In this document: piece by piece, positions 28,862 to 40,856 of the stretch | How positions within the stretch are numbered: position 1 is the stretch's first letter | How the letters are laid out: each line of letters starts with the position of its first letter | Origin: a virus | Reading direction: 5' to 3' (one strand) | IMG/VR virus record: IMGVR_UViG_3300046318_000165 | Location: 1-64,000 of that record | Length of the DNA stretch: 64,000 nucleotides | Notes under the pieces: model-generated | The model's database searches: none | Seen by the model: the letters and a program-made list of their open reading frames with translations, nothing else | What the model was told of the DNA's origin: nothing | Made by a program: the position numbers and the translations under genes

Positions 28862-31800
28862 AAAGCAGTGAACGTATGAATGACTATACATATAGATTTA
28901 ACGAATATACAATATCTATTGTTCTTAGTGACTATAGTCTTGTAAATGCCGAGGCAGTTGAGAGCAATCCATATATTCTAGAGTTTGCTAAGGATAATTT
29001 TTTAAAGCGACTACAGTCTCATGTAGCTAATATGACTACTGACGACCTTTATGTAACTGCCCCACTTACTTATGGAGATGAAATAAATGATTAGTTATAG
29101 CAAGGCTGAAGCAGTTGGTAAGATTGTTATTGATTTTATTAATGCAGGGTATCAGGTAAAGTTTGATGCCCCTGCTATTGGCAAAAGTGATGGACACTTT
29201 ATACATTTTAGTGCTATCGATGAACTAAACAATACTAAGAATTTTGATATTTACGATTATATAAAGAAGGATTAAAATGACTATTTATTATATAAAGCAA
29301 GACAATACCATATGGGGTTGTGGAGAACCAGGATGTTGCGGTGAATGGCAAGAAGAGATCGATGAATCATTTGTAGAATGTACCTGCTCTGATATCAAAT
29401 ATGATATGAATGAACATCTACAATCATGTGCTGGTGGCGGACCTGTTTTAAAATGGCGTGAAGCAAAACGTCTTGAGGCTTTAGCTTTTAACCGTGGTAA
29501 AGATGATGGTTCATCTGAGGGATGGTTCAATGGTATTCAGTATCAGAAAAGGCAGGGAGAGAACAAGTGAGCGATTACATTCCTAGAACTGCTGATGTTC
29601 GTGACGCTTATAGCAGTGAGAGCAGTGATGGCACTTATGCAAACCGAATGTTTGACGCTTGGTTGGCACGATACAAAGCCAAGGTTGTTGCCAAGACTGA
29701 GGAACGCATTATCAAACTGCTAGAAACGCATGTTCACGATGAAACTTGCTCAGAGGCTGATAGTTCTCGTGCATACCAAGCAGGGTTTGAACACGGCATC
29801 GCTCTTATCAAAGGAGAGAACAAGTGAGTGAACCTTGTGTGCTATGTGCAGATTACGAAGAAGGCGGAATGCTTGCAGAGCGTGAACGCATTATCAAACT
29901 GCTAGAAAAGCAATACGATAACAAAGATGAAAACGGCAAGTCTATTTATCAACGCCACATGCCTGAGTGTTGTAACTGCGATGTTATCGCTCTTATCAAA
30001 GGAGGGAACGAGTGAGCGACTACCGCAGACTACGAGTTGCTGTTCCGCCAAAGCAACAGGGGATAGGTATTGCTAGCGACCTAGCAACTTCACCGATTGA
30101 ATTTGAAGTAATTGAGTTTGAGCATTGGGATGGCGTGTGGCGTTGTGTTGAGTGCCAAGAGCCGTATGGCTATACCGAACCCACTGACCCACAAAACTTG
30201 CTCTTGCTACATCTAGACAACCACCGAGCCAATCAAAAAGAAAAGGCAGACCAGAAGAAGATTCTTGCCATTCTGAACGAGGCTTACCGCCAAATCGCTC
30301 TTATCAAAGGAGAGCAATGAAGATATTTAAATGGCGATTACGTCTAATCCAAAAGGGATATGACTTAGGATGGAAGCATGGATACGAAGCTGGTATGAGC
30401 GAACATCACAAACAGATTGTGGATCTGCTCAACAAAAACATTGAAGATATTGACTGGGGTAAAGAAGAACCATTCAAGCTAAGAGAAGTAGTCCCATTGG
30501 TAAAACAATATAAAGCGGAGCTTGACCAAATAGGATGGAACAAATGATAATCTGTAATGGTAATGACTCCACTTGGTTTATCGTAATAATGTCTATATGG
30601 GCAGTTATAGGAATATCACTAACATTTTTTAGGAAGTAATGGAAGAACCAGAAGAGCAACATCCACCAGAGAGATTCAGAGATAAGGCACAAGGAGAATA
30701 ATGAATATTGAAGTAAACATAGATGATCTTGATAACGATGCATATTTTCGGGGCATTGAGGCAGGAAAGCAAATGGAACGTGAACGTAATAAAGATATTT
30801 TACAAGAATTAGAAGTATTGTCTGAAATCATTATTAAGCATGAAGATAGAATTGATGAATTAGAGATGATTGTAAAGCGATGGACCGAACATCAATCATT
30901 TCCACCAAAGATTGTGATTACACCAGCAACTAATGGACCAGATATGCGTAAGGTTTTTCCTTGGACAGGAATTTATAACTAATGGCTAATCCAGATTATG
31001 TGCCAGAAACCAAAGTAGTACTGGCTAGTTATATCCATAGTAATTTTATTACTCGTATGGGATTTGATAACACTAGTGATATCTATGCAGCAGAATTTGA
31101 TCGTTGGCTAAATAAACTTAAAGCTGATATTTGGGCAGAAGGATTTGATGCTGGAGAGCGTGATGTTTGGGAACACCAACATGGTGAAGCAGATGAAAAT
31201 TGGGATAAGGATTGTATTCCTAATCCATATAAGGAGAAACAATGAGTTACCATATAGTCTATGATCCAGTTACAGGAAAAATTATTGAGCAATATGAACA
31301 GGATGAAGTGAAAGAGCTAGATCAGTCACAAACTTTATATGAATTGGGTATTATTCACGAACGTGAACGCATACTTAAACTTTGGAATGATTGGTGCGAT
31401 TATTATGCTACTGTAACCATTGAAGAATTGTCTAAATCGGTTGCTGATGGAGAATGGAATTCAGAAACTTCCAGAGAGTATTTTATTAACCTTGTCAATA
31501 ATAAAGTATTTATAACATCTGCTCAAACTGAGCAACTAGCAAATGACCTATTTGAGGAATAATAATGACTCCACTAGAAGAAGAAATAGTTAAACTAACA
31601 AATATCTGGATGCGTTTTGTAGGACAAGATCATCACAAGGATAGAGATGTGCACTGGTATGTCCAACAATATTTTTCTTATGGAGAAGCACCTTATTTCC
31701 AGGCATGGCATCATGGGTATATTGCTAATGATTTCGAGGGTACAAAGTGTACAACTCTTGAAGAAGCACAAGAAGAACTAAGAGATACACTCCTAGTAGA

Positions 31801-31972
31801 AATACACAAGGCTAAGATATGGGTTGGTCGTAATCTAGAAGAAATTAAAAAGCTAGAAGAAAGTGATAGTCAAGAACCTTTCTTTGGCAGCTCAGAAGAA
31901 TATAAAAGAATGCTTTGGGCTTTGAATGGAGAGTTTGAAAAACTTTCGGGGAATTTAAATGAAGCTTTGTAA
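28858..31972 (+). other. Operon of about 12 small coupled hypothetical genes
   Basis: Overlapping stop/start junctions with RBS; several share ER(E)RI motifs. Confidence 0.65.
29556..30312 (+). repeat. Short direct repeats shared by consecutive small genes
   Basis: atcgctcttatcaaaggag at 29798, 29986, 30294; gaacgcattatcaaactgctagaaa at 29702, 29884; ggagagaacaagtgag at 29556, 29813. Confidence 0.85.
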
Positions 31973-32137
31973 TCCCTAGTATAAACAACTAATAGAAAGA
32001 ATACCTATGTCAATAGATGATTTTAAATATATCCTATTTCCAGATAGGAAGTATGTCATTGGTGTTAATATAGAGGTTAGTGGACAAGACCTGATAACAG
32101 CTTATCTGGCATATACGAAAGACTAAATACCCTGGAC

Positions 32138-32339
32138 TTATCCACAAGTTATACACAGGTTTATTCACAGATAGATCTTACTGATAATAGTTTTTAATAA
32201 GGATAAGAGAGATTTGAGATGTTTATATGTGTAATAATACACCATATCATAACCCATTCGTAATGTCAAGCATTTTATTCCCATCTTAACCAAATTGTTA
32301 TCATATATTTTTATGCACAAAATCCCTGATTTATCCACA
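32138..32339 (+). promoter_or_regulatory. Cluster of five DnaA boxes in AT-rich non-coding DNA (candidate origin)
   Basis: TTATCCACA 32138, TTATACACA 32149, TTATTCACA 32161, TTATGCACA 32311, TTATCCACA 32331. Confidence 0.7.
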
Positions 32340-32504
32340 TATTTCTATATTTATTGAGAATAATTATCAATAATAATATAAAAACATATAGAAACTATAA
32401 CAAAAACCCCATTTTCCTTATAAAAAGAATAGTTCTTTATAACCCTATAGTGTATTTGCTTATAGTTATACTAGGAACTAAGAATAATACCATATCAAAA
32501 ACCA

Positions 32505-32776
32505 GGGAAAAATAAAGCTCTATCGTAATGTATTATTACCATAGGTATTTTATATACTAGGGAGATTTGATACTACTTCGTAATACCCCTTCATAAAATC
32601 GGGGTATAGATAATCATTCATCGTAATATCCCTAGTATAAGATACAATAGTTACATAGGGAGATATACTACTTCTTGGGGATATATTTGTTATATCGTAA
32701 TACCTGGCAAAATAAACAAGGATCGTAATCTATTTAAATGAATAAACTTTCTGGGAAATTTTGATCGCTATCGTAA
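32505..32776 (+). repeat. Six tandem degenerate GG(G)AA-N13/15-CGTAA repeats
   Basis: CGTAA at 32524, 32579, 32622, 32696, 32724, 32772, each about 18-20 nt after the start of a GG(G) run. Confidence 0.65.
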
Positions 32777-33896
32777 TAATGTTTAATAGGATTTGCTACA
32801 GGTGGGTCGGGCACTGCCCCCCTCCGCAATGGAGGGAGACAGTTATCCTATTATGCTTCTTCTGCTGTTCCTAGTATCTCATCAAGATTATCAAATCCTG
32901 TATCAGTAACTTCAAGACCAGCGAGTAGCAACTCAAAAGTTTCCTCAATAAAACTTTCTGCTATTGGAGTTGGCTCTACAATCTTATTATCAAGGGCATA
33001 GGCTAGTGGCAATCCCAAATCATTGTATTCTAGGAAATCAGCAAACTCTTCGTCATTACGATAGTTTAGCCAAAGGTCAGCAAGAATACTTACCTTATTA
33101 GAAAAGGGGGTGGTGGTTGGCTCTGTCATTCATTACTTCTTTCTCGTATTCTGCTGAACTAATAACAATGTCTAAACGGCGATAACTTACATTTGGTAAT
33201 GACCTTGCTAAGTATCGCCCTACTAAGTCAAGGTCTATTGTTACATTGGATAAAAGGTCTGATAACTTCTTGGCAATCTTTTCTTCTTCCGTTATTCTAT
33301 GTCGCATTGGTTACTCCTATTCAGTTGTATGTCTATTCTAGCATTACCCTCCGACAAATACAACCCCTAGAACAAAGTATTTATCCAACGGTAGTCGTCT
33401 ATATCTTCTGGGACCGAATCAACATGCGGTAGTGAATCAAGAAGAGCTTTTACCCTATCAGGAATAGTCTTAGCAATGTTACGGAATGAGTCCAGGGTTA
33501 TAAAGAAATCATCTCCCCATTCCTTTTCAGGAAAGTCTGGTGCAAGCATCCTAGTCTCTGCTAGGGTTAGAGTAAAAGATTCAAGATAGGACCTTGTTGA
33601 TACCCATTCTCCGTCTACCCTATACACTGAAGGCTGGATAGTAAAGACATCTGCCCATTCATTCTCACCAGTCTCTTCATTAGTGCCTAGGTCCCTATAG
33701 AAAACGTTGAGGTCATACTCTTTTTCAATCTGATCGGTTTTAGTTGTCATACCACTTCTCTCCTTCGTGTTCTTCACATTCACAACAGTTTACGCAATAC
33801 CCCTCATCATAGGGGCAAGCAAATGTATCCATAATCCATTCGCCCTCATGGGTATACTCTTTACCACAATCAAGACAAATAATATTATTTAGTATG

Positions 33897-34325
33897 TCAG
33901 CCAACAATCTTTGCGTCCTCTCCATAAAATGCTTTTAGGTCTTCTACAGTGTCAATGGGGATATGGATATAGCCCTCACGCTCTTCACACTCATTACAGT
34001 ATACAGGGTTGTCCCAGTCAAAGTCAAGAGTTTCTAGGCAATCACATTGACGCTCTGCCCAAGTAGGGACTTCAATGTCTTCTTCCCAAGGAACATTGGT
34101 AATATAGTAATGAATACGATTGACATAGTGATAACCAGAAACAATGTAACTTCCCTCATCACCGTCTACTTCAGTCCAAATGTTATGCTCATCCTGTAGT
34201 TTGACATACTCCTTTTCGTCACCGTATGTTTCGTAGGGTAGTTCAAGACCATTACTTTGATTCCTAAGATAATTAGGCATAGGCTGAAACTTCTCAACCC
34301 AAGCGTCATAAGTATAAATAGTCAT
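33897..34325 (-). CDS. Hypothetical acidic protein
   Basis: 142-aa ORF; NIWTEVDGD..GYHYVNRIHY. Confidence 0.6.
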   Translation of the reverse strand: MTIYTYDAWVEKFQPMPNYLRNQSNGLELPYETYGDEKEYVKLQDEHNIWTEVDGDEGSYIVSGYHYVNRIHYYITNVPWEEDIEVPTWAERQCDCLETLDFDWDNPVYCNECEEREGYIHIPIDTVEDLKAFYGEDAKIVG

Positions 34326-34637
34326 TAGTTATTTTCCAATCCTGCTACACCATAGGGGTCAATGTGTTCTTGTAACTTATTATAAATAGCGTTGATAAAG
34401 ATGTCATTATCTCTATAAGTTATTTCGGCAAGGTAGCCATTCAAAACTTCTAACTCAATTTCTGTTAGTTCAATAGTATAAGTATTCATTATCCCTCGCT
34501 AACTTCAACATAACAATCACTAATGATACTATCGGCAATATCTTCTACATCATAGTCCTCACCAAAATCGGCATAGAACTCAATGTAGTGACCAGTTGGT
34601 GAATGAACAATAGTTATCTTCTTTTCCATCATTACTC

Positions 34638-35156
34638 CTAAAAGTGGAAATCAACAGGGACAAGATACCAGTCTACACCCTCAGTGGGTAGTTTGTCAAG
34701 CATATGCTTAGTATTGGTAGAAGAATGTTCAGCGTCAAAATACTTTGAATTGAAATCCCAGTTACCCTGTAGCATATCAATTGCTTTACTCAGGGGGTAT
34801 AGGTCAAAAGAATAATCAATATTTCCAGTATATATATCTAACTTATCTTTGATAGAATCAAAATCAATACGACTAACATAATTCTTGAACTCATTTAGTC
34901 TAGACTCAATACACGAATCAATTTTCGCAGCAAATATTTCAGGGTCTTTAGCATAAGAGATAATCATATTAGAAGAAGAACTATAAGGGTCTTGCTCTGG
35001 GTTCCAACGACCGCCACCGATAACAAACCAATCATACCAAGATGAACCTGGGTTTAGTTCGTTATTTAGAAAACTCTCAACATACTCCATTGCTTCCTGC
35101 TCTGGGTCGTCTAGTCCGTCTTCTACCTTTATAGCAATCCATTGTAAAGTGTGCAT
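34638..35156 (-). CDS. Hypothetical protein (start corrected to MHTLQ)
   Basis: WYDWFVIGGGRW..LVPVDFHF; RBS aaagga before 35156. Confidence 0.7.
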   Translation of the reverse strand: MHTLQWIAIKVEDGLDDPEQEAMEYVESFLNNELNPGSSWYDWFVIGGGRWNPEQDPYSSSSNMIISYAKDPEIFAAKIDSCIESRLNEFKNYVSRIDFDSIKDKLDIYTGNIDYSFDLYPLSKAIDMLQGNWDFNSKYFDAEHSSTNTKHMLDKLPTEGVDWYLVPVDFHF

Positions 35157-36785
35157 TTGATTTCCTTTCGATGTTTCAAGTATACTGCCTACCACCGACA
35201 TTCGTAAAACCTGGGAAAAAGCTGATCTATCGTAATTCTTTATTTGTGACTAATTATATTATGTAAGATAGGTCGGGCTTTCCCTACTCCTCCATTCTTT
35301 TCAAACTTGCTTTCAAAATCCCTAGCACGATTCTTGACGGTATCAAAGGCAAATCCTCATTCTTCAAAAACCCATCAATCATTCCATCAACTAGACTAAT
35401 AGCATTGTCATAGCCCATAGTGTAGGACTTCAATTCATCATTGGTCATTTCTTTGCTCCCAAGCAACCCATACAGAAAAACTTTAGTAATGCGTCAGCAG
35501 GGTTAGTGCTGGTAGTCTCACATTTGTCACACTTGTAAATAGTTTCTTTATTCATTATCTTCCACCTCAAAATCCCATTGTGCGTTAGTTTCAAAATCTT
35601 CAAAGTCCTCAGCAATAAAGTCGTTTATCAACTCCAGAGCCTTTTCTCTACTCTCTGCCTCAACAGGGACTTCATAGTATTTCATTAGTTTTGCTTGAAC
35701 AAGATACTTATTCATCTTCTAGTTCCATTCCTGCTACTTCATACTCTTCCCAGAGATTTACGATTACTTCATTATCAATCTTTTCCAACTCACCCATCAG
35801 TGACCAGAACAGGGTTTGCCAGTTAGTATCATTCATCTTCTTCATCTTCCTCTAGGGCTTCAACCTCAATAGAATCAACTTCAGCAGTGTATGGATAGTT
35901 TTCATAGAGCCAGCCCATTTCCTCTGCTTCGGCTTCGCTGTCTGCCTCAACTTCAAAATAGTATTCAACAGTGGTAGTAATAAAATACTTACTCATTGAC
36001 CATAACCTTTCTTAGTTCATCATCACTTAGTCTATTTATTGTATCAAGACCCTCCGACATTATCAGGTCCAAAAGCCTACGGTATTCTTCAATCATTACT
36101 AACCGTGCTTTCTATAATAAGCATCGCAGGAAGACTTCTTGTGACCAATCTTTTTGGCGGAAGACTTCCAAACCCTTCCACATTCACGACAAGCATAAAT
36201 GTCATACTCTTCACCCTTGTGCTTACGCACCTCAACATTTCGTTCCATTAGTCCTCCTCTGAGTAGTAAAGTTCTAGTGGCACACCAATCATTCCTGCTA
36301 CTGATTGATAAGCAGAAATAAGACCACTAAGATAATCGTGGAAACCATCCAAATCATTTTCATCATAACCTTTCAACTCTTCTTGATAGCCAGTGATTCT
36401 ATCAACCAAGGCGGTAGCAAGAGATGTCATTGATACATAATCAGCATTAGGGTCAAGATTCATTAGTTAGACTCTCCAAAGTATTCTATCCATAGGTCAG
36501 TATCCATAATGCCCTCACCATAAACCTCTTCAAGAGATTCTAGAGCATACTTGACACCATCAGTAAACGCTTCACCAATGGCTTCTTCATAAGTCTTTGA
36601 CATTGCTTTCCTTTCGTTGATGTATTTAGTTTACACCCTACCACCGACATTTACAAGGAAAACCTGGGAAAAAATAGATCTATCATAATAGTTGTAAGTA
36701 GTTTAAATATACTATTTTGCTACAGCTGCCCGACCTGCCCCTGCCCCATATTCCGTTATTGGAATACAGGGCAAGGACTAATGGC

Positions 36786-37808
36786 TTACGCCATTGCCAC
36801 TTGCTGAACAATCTTTAGCAGACGGTTCTTCTCAGCGTTTACCATTGGGTCAAAGCCTGAAGCCGAAGCCAAGATAGACTCGTTGCTTCCGCCTCGTGAG
36901 TTACGATACCAGTCCAAACGCTCAGTTAGACCATTCAACGCACCCCAAGCAGTGCCAGCAATCATGCCATTCTGCTGTCCATTGTAAATGCTGTGAATCA
37001 AGTCAATCTTGCCGTCATGCTTTTTGAATGAACCCTTAGCGTCTTTTTCTGGGGCAGGATAAGCAAGGTTGATGATTTCCTCAAACTGCTTTTGAGTAAT
37101 AGTCTTTTCAATCATAGCCTTTGCCATAAGGTCAAACTCATCCATGTAAGCATTAGCCAATCCAAGAGCCTCACGAGCAACCGAAATCTTGCCCTCAGCA
37201 GTCTGAGTGTGGCGAATCTTGAAAGACTGCTTCGGTGCTTTGCCCTTACCCTTTAGAGCAGACAGAGCCAAGTTTAGGGTATTGGCACAGACAACACGAA
37301 CAGGGGTAATGCTTGCCTGAATAGCAACAGAACCGTCATGGCTAGTATTGATTAGCAAATAAGTCTTTACCTTATCAGACACGCCATTAGGGTCAAGGAT
37401 AGTTTCACGCTCTAGTGCTAGGCTACCAAATACTTGTCTACCACCCTTGATAGAGCCAGCAGTTTCCCAACGACCGCCGCCGTCTAGGATGTTGTCACCA
37501 AAGGCGAACAAGTCCTCATTTTGTAGAACCTTGTAACGCTCACCAACAACGCCTAGGACATCATTCTGGGTAGCGTCAAAAGGATTAGTGCGAGTAACAA
37601 AAGAATAAGTCTTGTCAGAAGCAAAAGTTTCTGGAATGGCAACATCTTCCAAGCGAACATTCCACTTGTCAAGGTGTGCTAACTCTAGCATTTTAGCGGT
37701 AGTTACTTCCTCAGTGAATACAGTGCCAAGACCATGCCAAGCAGGTTCACGCAAAGAAGCAAAAGTTGCTTCGCCAGTAGTTTGGTTGATTTCTAGTTCG
37801 TGAGCCAT
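36786..37808 (-). CDS. DUF932-family phage/plasmid protein (start corrected to MAHEL)
   Basis: PAWHGLG, YKVLQN, ETAGSIKGG, NTSHDGS, TPVRVVCANTL, IRHT, GTAWGALN. Confidence 0.85.
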   Translation of the reverse strand: MAHELEINQTTGEATFASLREPAWHGLGTVFTEEVTTAKMLELAHLDKWNVRLEDVAIPETFASDKTYSFVTRTNPFDATQNDVLGVVGERYKVLQNEDLFAFGDNILDGGGRWETAGSIKGGRQVFGSLALERETILDPNGVSDKVKTYLLINTSHDGSVAIQASITPVRVVCANTLNLALSALKGKGKAPKQSFKIRHTQTAEGKISVAREALGLANAYMDEFDLMAKAMIEKTITQKQFEEIINLAYPAPEKDAKGSFKKHDGKIDLIHSIYNGQQNGMIAGTAWGALNGLTERLDWYRNSRGGSNESILASASGFDPMVNAEKNRLLKIVQQVAMA

Positions 37809-38023
37809 GATACCCAACTTTCTTATTAGTGATTTATTTGATAAGATAAGTATACAGTCTACCACCGACATTTGTCAAGTTATTTAGTCTAGAATCTGGA
37901 GAATTTTTGACTAATCGTAAAGAGATCCCCTAGAAAGCTCGCAGACCGCCCGACCCCTGAAAGGGAGCCTTTTCACGTCATGCTCAGGACGTATGCAGAC
38001 TTGCTGCATGTTTTCATAGCCCC

Positions 38024-38518
38024 CTATGAAACTTCAGTAACAGAATAGATTTCCTCAACCCAACCATCTTGGATATATTCGTAGCCACTAACCGAAATAT
38101 CAAGGTCACTCTCAAGTTCACTGGACATATCATCAATGGTCTTTCCAAACGGAATAGTAACATTAGTACGAATAATAATACTGAAATCAACAATAGCCTC
38201 AGTATTCAAATCAATGTCAAGGTTGTTAGCAATAGTAACGATAGTGTCATTATCAGTATCAGCAAACTCAGCAGTCTCAACAAGAACATTCTTTACTCGC
38301 TCAATGTAGTCAGTATAGCGTCTGTTAGCATTGCTAACCAACTCTGACTTTGCGGAAAGTTCTACTCGCTTGACTTGTAGTTCATCGTTCAATGACTCAA
38401 TGGTTAGTTCAAGTTCAGCAATCTTATTCTTGAACTGCTGTAGGACAGGATGCTGGCTCTCTGCCAGAGCCTGATTGATAACATCGTTGTTTGGTCTAGT
38501 AAATACTACTTCATCCAT
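38024..38518 (-). CDS. Coiled-coil hypothetical protein (start corrected)
   Basis: ORF downstream of promoter at 38547-38568. Confidence 0.6.
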   Translation of the reverse strand: MDEVVFTRPNNDVINQALAESQHPVLQQFKNKIAELELTIESLNDELQVKRVELSAKSELVSNANRRYTDYIERVKNVLVETAEFADTDNDTIVTIANNLDIDLNTEAIVDFSIIIRTNVTIPFGKTIDDMSSELESDLDISVSGYEYIQDGWVEEIYSVTEVS

Positions 38519-39174
38519 TTGGGGCTTCTTTCTCTTGATTAGTTCTATTATAAATGGGACCACCGACATTTAGAATCCGAAGATAGAATCCAAGTCGTGA
38601 GTATGGATAGATTTAGTTGTATCGGTTTTTCCACATTTGGGGCAGGGTGGTGAAACTTCTCCTGGTTTTAGGGCAAACACAATCTTAGCGTGTTCTAATA
38701 GTCTTTGTTCCATAGTCATTAGCCGTCCCATTCGGAAGTGTCTTGTCCGTTCAATACGGCTAGGGCATAGGGATACTTGCTGTTATCTCCAAGGGAATCA
38801 AGAATGTCAATCTGTTCCTCAGTAAAACTACTAAAGTTAGTAATGATAATGTCACTACCACCATAAGAACCGTCTTCGGTAATCCATAGAACGCCACTTA
38901 GTTGGTCATACGCCATTAGTTTCCTCTTTCTTTGTTATTACTATTGTAGGGCATACCACCGACATTCTGGAAAAAGTTTATGAGTTTTATAATGTCTATC
39001 GTAAACGGATCCTGGGGCAGGTGTAGTGCCCGACCCCAGCCAGAAGAAAACCCCCATCTCGTCAGACAGGGGTTCTTGATAGTTTTATTATCAACTAACA
39101 ACTTCATCACCAGACTTTGGTGCTTGTGAGCAGTTTAGAACCCATACTCAGGGGTTTAGGCGTGAGCCTATGGT

Positions 39175-39615
39175 TTATAGCAAGTCCATTACTGAACTGT
39201 AAGTGGAAGCGTTGATTTCTTCCTGCTGAGTCATTTTGAGAACAGCAAGGTTCTTCTTGAGCAAGTCAAGACGGTTAGCGTGTTCACGACCAAGCCAAAC
39301 CTTGTCGTTTGGGTTCTCTGGCTTTACAGGCTCTTCTGGCAGGGTAATCAAAGACTTGTCAATGGTTAGTTGGACATCACCACGATACGAAGTGCCAACA
39401 GACAAAGCATCATTGTCATTTAGCAAAGCAGGGTCAGAGTTGATAGCATCAACAGCAATACGAAGAATGTTCTCCTTGTAAGCCTTGTATGCTTCCTTGT
39501 ATGTCTTTAGGTCAGCAGGGTATGAAGCAATCTTTACCTCAATCTCAGCAATCTTACCCTCAATAAGAGCAATAACGCTTGCGGTTGGAACTTTTACGGA
39601 TAGAGAACGAGCCAT
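39175..39615 (-). CDS. Hypothetical protein
   Basis: 146-aa ORF with RBS aaagga and promoter at 39646-39667. Confidence 0.7.
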   Translation of the reverse strand: MARSLSVKVPTASVIALIEGKIAEIEVKIASYPADLKTYKEAYKAYKENILRIAVDAINSDPALLNDNDALSVGTSYRGDVQLTIDKSLITLPEEPVKPENPNDKVWLGREHANRLDLLKKNLAVLKMTQQEEINASTYSSVMDLL

Positions 39616-40136
39616 TTTATTTTCCTTTGTTTGGATTATACATTTATTATACAGGGGGCTACCGACATTTATACTCCGAAGAGTGAGCAGTTATTTTTGC
39701 TAGTCATACTCAGGACTACCCCATAAAGGGACTTACTTGACGGTTGTCCAGCGGTCAGAACCGTTCACCGAAAGGCGGACACGATACGAGCCAGACTTGT
39801 TAGCGATTACTTCCTGAACCGTTCCAACAACGCCAGACTTCTGAGTTGCGAACTGTGAGCCAACAGTAGGGATTGAAATAGCCATTATTGCTTCCTTTGT
39901 TTGTATTTTTAGTATCAACTTTTGCTGATACTCTATTATAGCATTAGGGTCAGACATTTGTCAAGTCCATTTGGAAACTTTTTTATTTTTTATTTTCTGC
40001 TCTTTTGCTATGTTTCTATTATAGAGCATACCTCCGACATTTACAAGGGTTTCAGGAAAAAAGATCCAGGGTTTTTAATGTCTATCGTAAATAAGCTGGG
40101 AGGGAGAGGAGCCGCCCGACCCCCTTTCGGGGTAGC

Positions 40137-40856
40137 CTACTTTTTACTAGCACTAAATAGAATGTCATTGCGATTGAATACACACTGAGAACATAGGACA
40201 CAAGCAGAACCAGATTGGCTAATCATCTTTATCTTTTTGTTGTTTTCGGGGCAGGGAATAGCAGACTTAGACTGTAACTTTTCAAAGTCAGCCTTGCCAG
40301 TAGCAAAGTCCTTAGCAAGATAGGCTAACTTCACGCCATACTCTTGTTTTAGACTGATAGCCAAATCCTTGTTGGCTTCATCGGCACTAAAGTATAGGCT
40401 AAGGTTATCCATACCGATAAGGATAGGGACAGCAAAGTCTGAGCGAGTGTATGCCCAAAACTGAACCTTTGGGAACATACGAATAACCTTTTTCCACGCT
40501 AGAGTGTATTCCTCACTAAAGAAGTCACCGTCCCAGTGAATACGGAACAACTTTTCTGCCCCACGCTTTTCACATTCTTTTTCAAAACTTTCAATCATTT
40601 CTGATAACAAGTAAACCATTTCCAAAGCATTAGAACAAGCCTGTAGTTGCTCCCAGTTGGATAGCAGAACAGTCTTTACGCCCTTGAATACCTTTTCAAG
40701 TTTGCCAGCGTAGCAAATAGTTTCACACACGCTAGTAGCCCCAGGACAAGAGAACGCTTTACCACTAGGCAAGCCAAAAGTGTTAGCCATACTTGCCTGA
40801 TTACCACCAGCGTTTACTTGATTAGCAACTTTGCGGTCTTTTGAACGAATAAGCAT
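40137..40856 (-). CDS. Gp88-like Cys-rich protein (start corrected to MLIRS)
   Basis: CPGA..C..CYA, FRIHWDGDF, WAYTR, CP..C..C..C. Confidence 0.7.
   Translation of the reverse strand: MLIRSKDRKVANQVNAGGNQASMANTFGLPSGKAFSCPGATSVCETICYAGKLEKVFKGVKTVLLSNWEQLQACSNALEMVYLLSEMIESFEKECEKRGAEKLFRIHWDGDFFSEEYTLAWKKVIRMFPKVQFWAYTRSDFAVPILIGMDNLSLYFSADEANKDLAISLKQEYGVKLAYLAKDFATGKADFEKLQSKSAIPCPENNKKIKMISQSGSACVLCSQCVFNRNDILFSASKK

Larger units (their letters stand above)
37965..39718 (-). ncRNA. Three conserved H-type pseudoknots in 3' UTRs (37965-37992, 39128-39156, 39685-39718)
   Basis: P1-CT-GAGYA-T-P1'-A-rich loop-GCTC with fully covarying P1. Confidence 0.7.
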
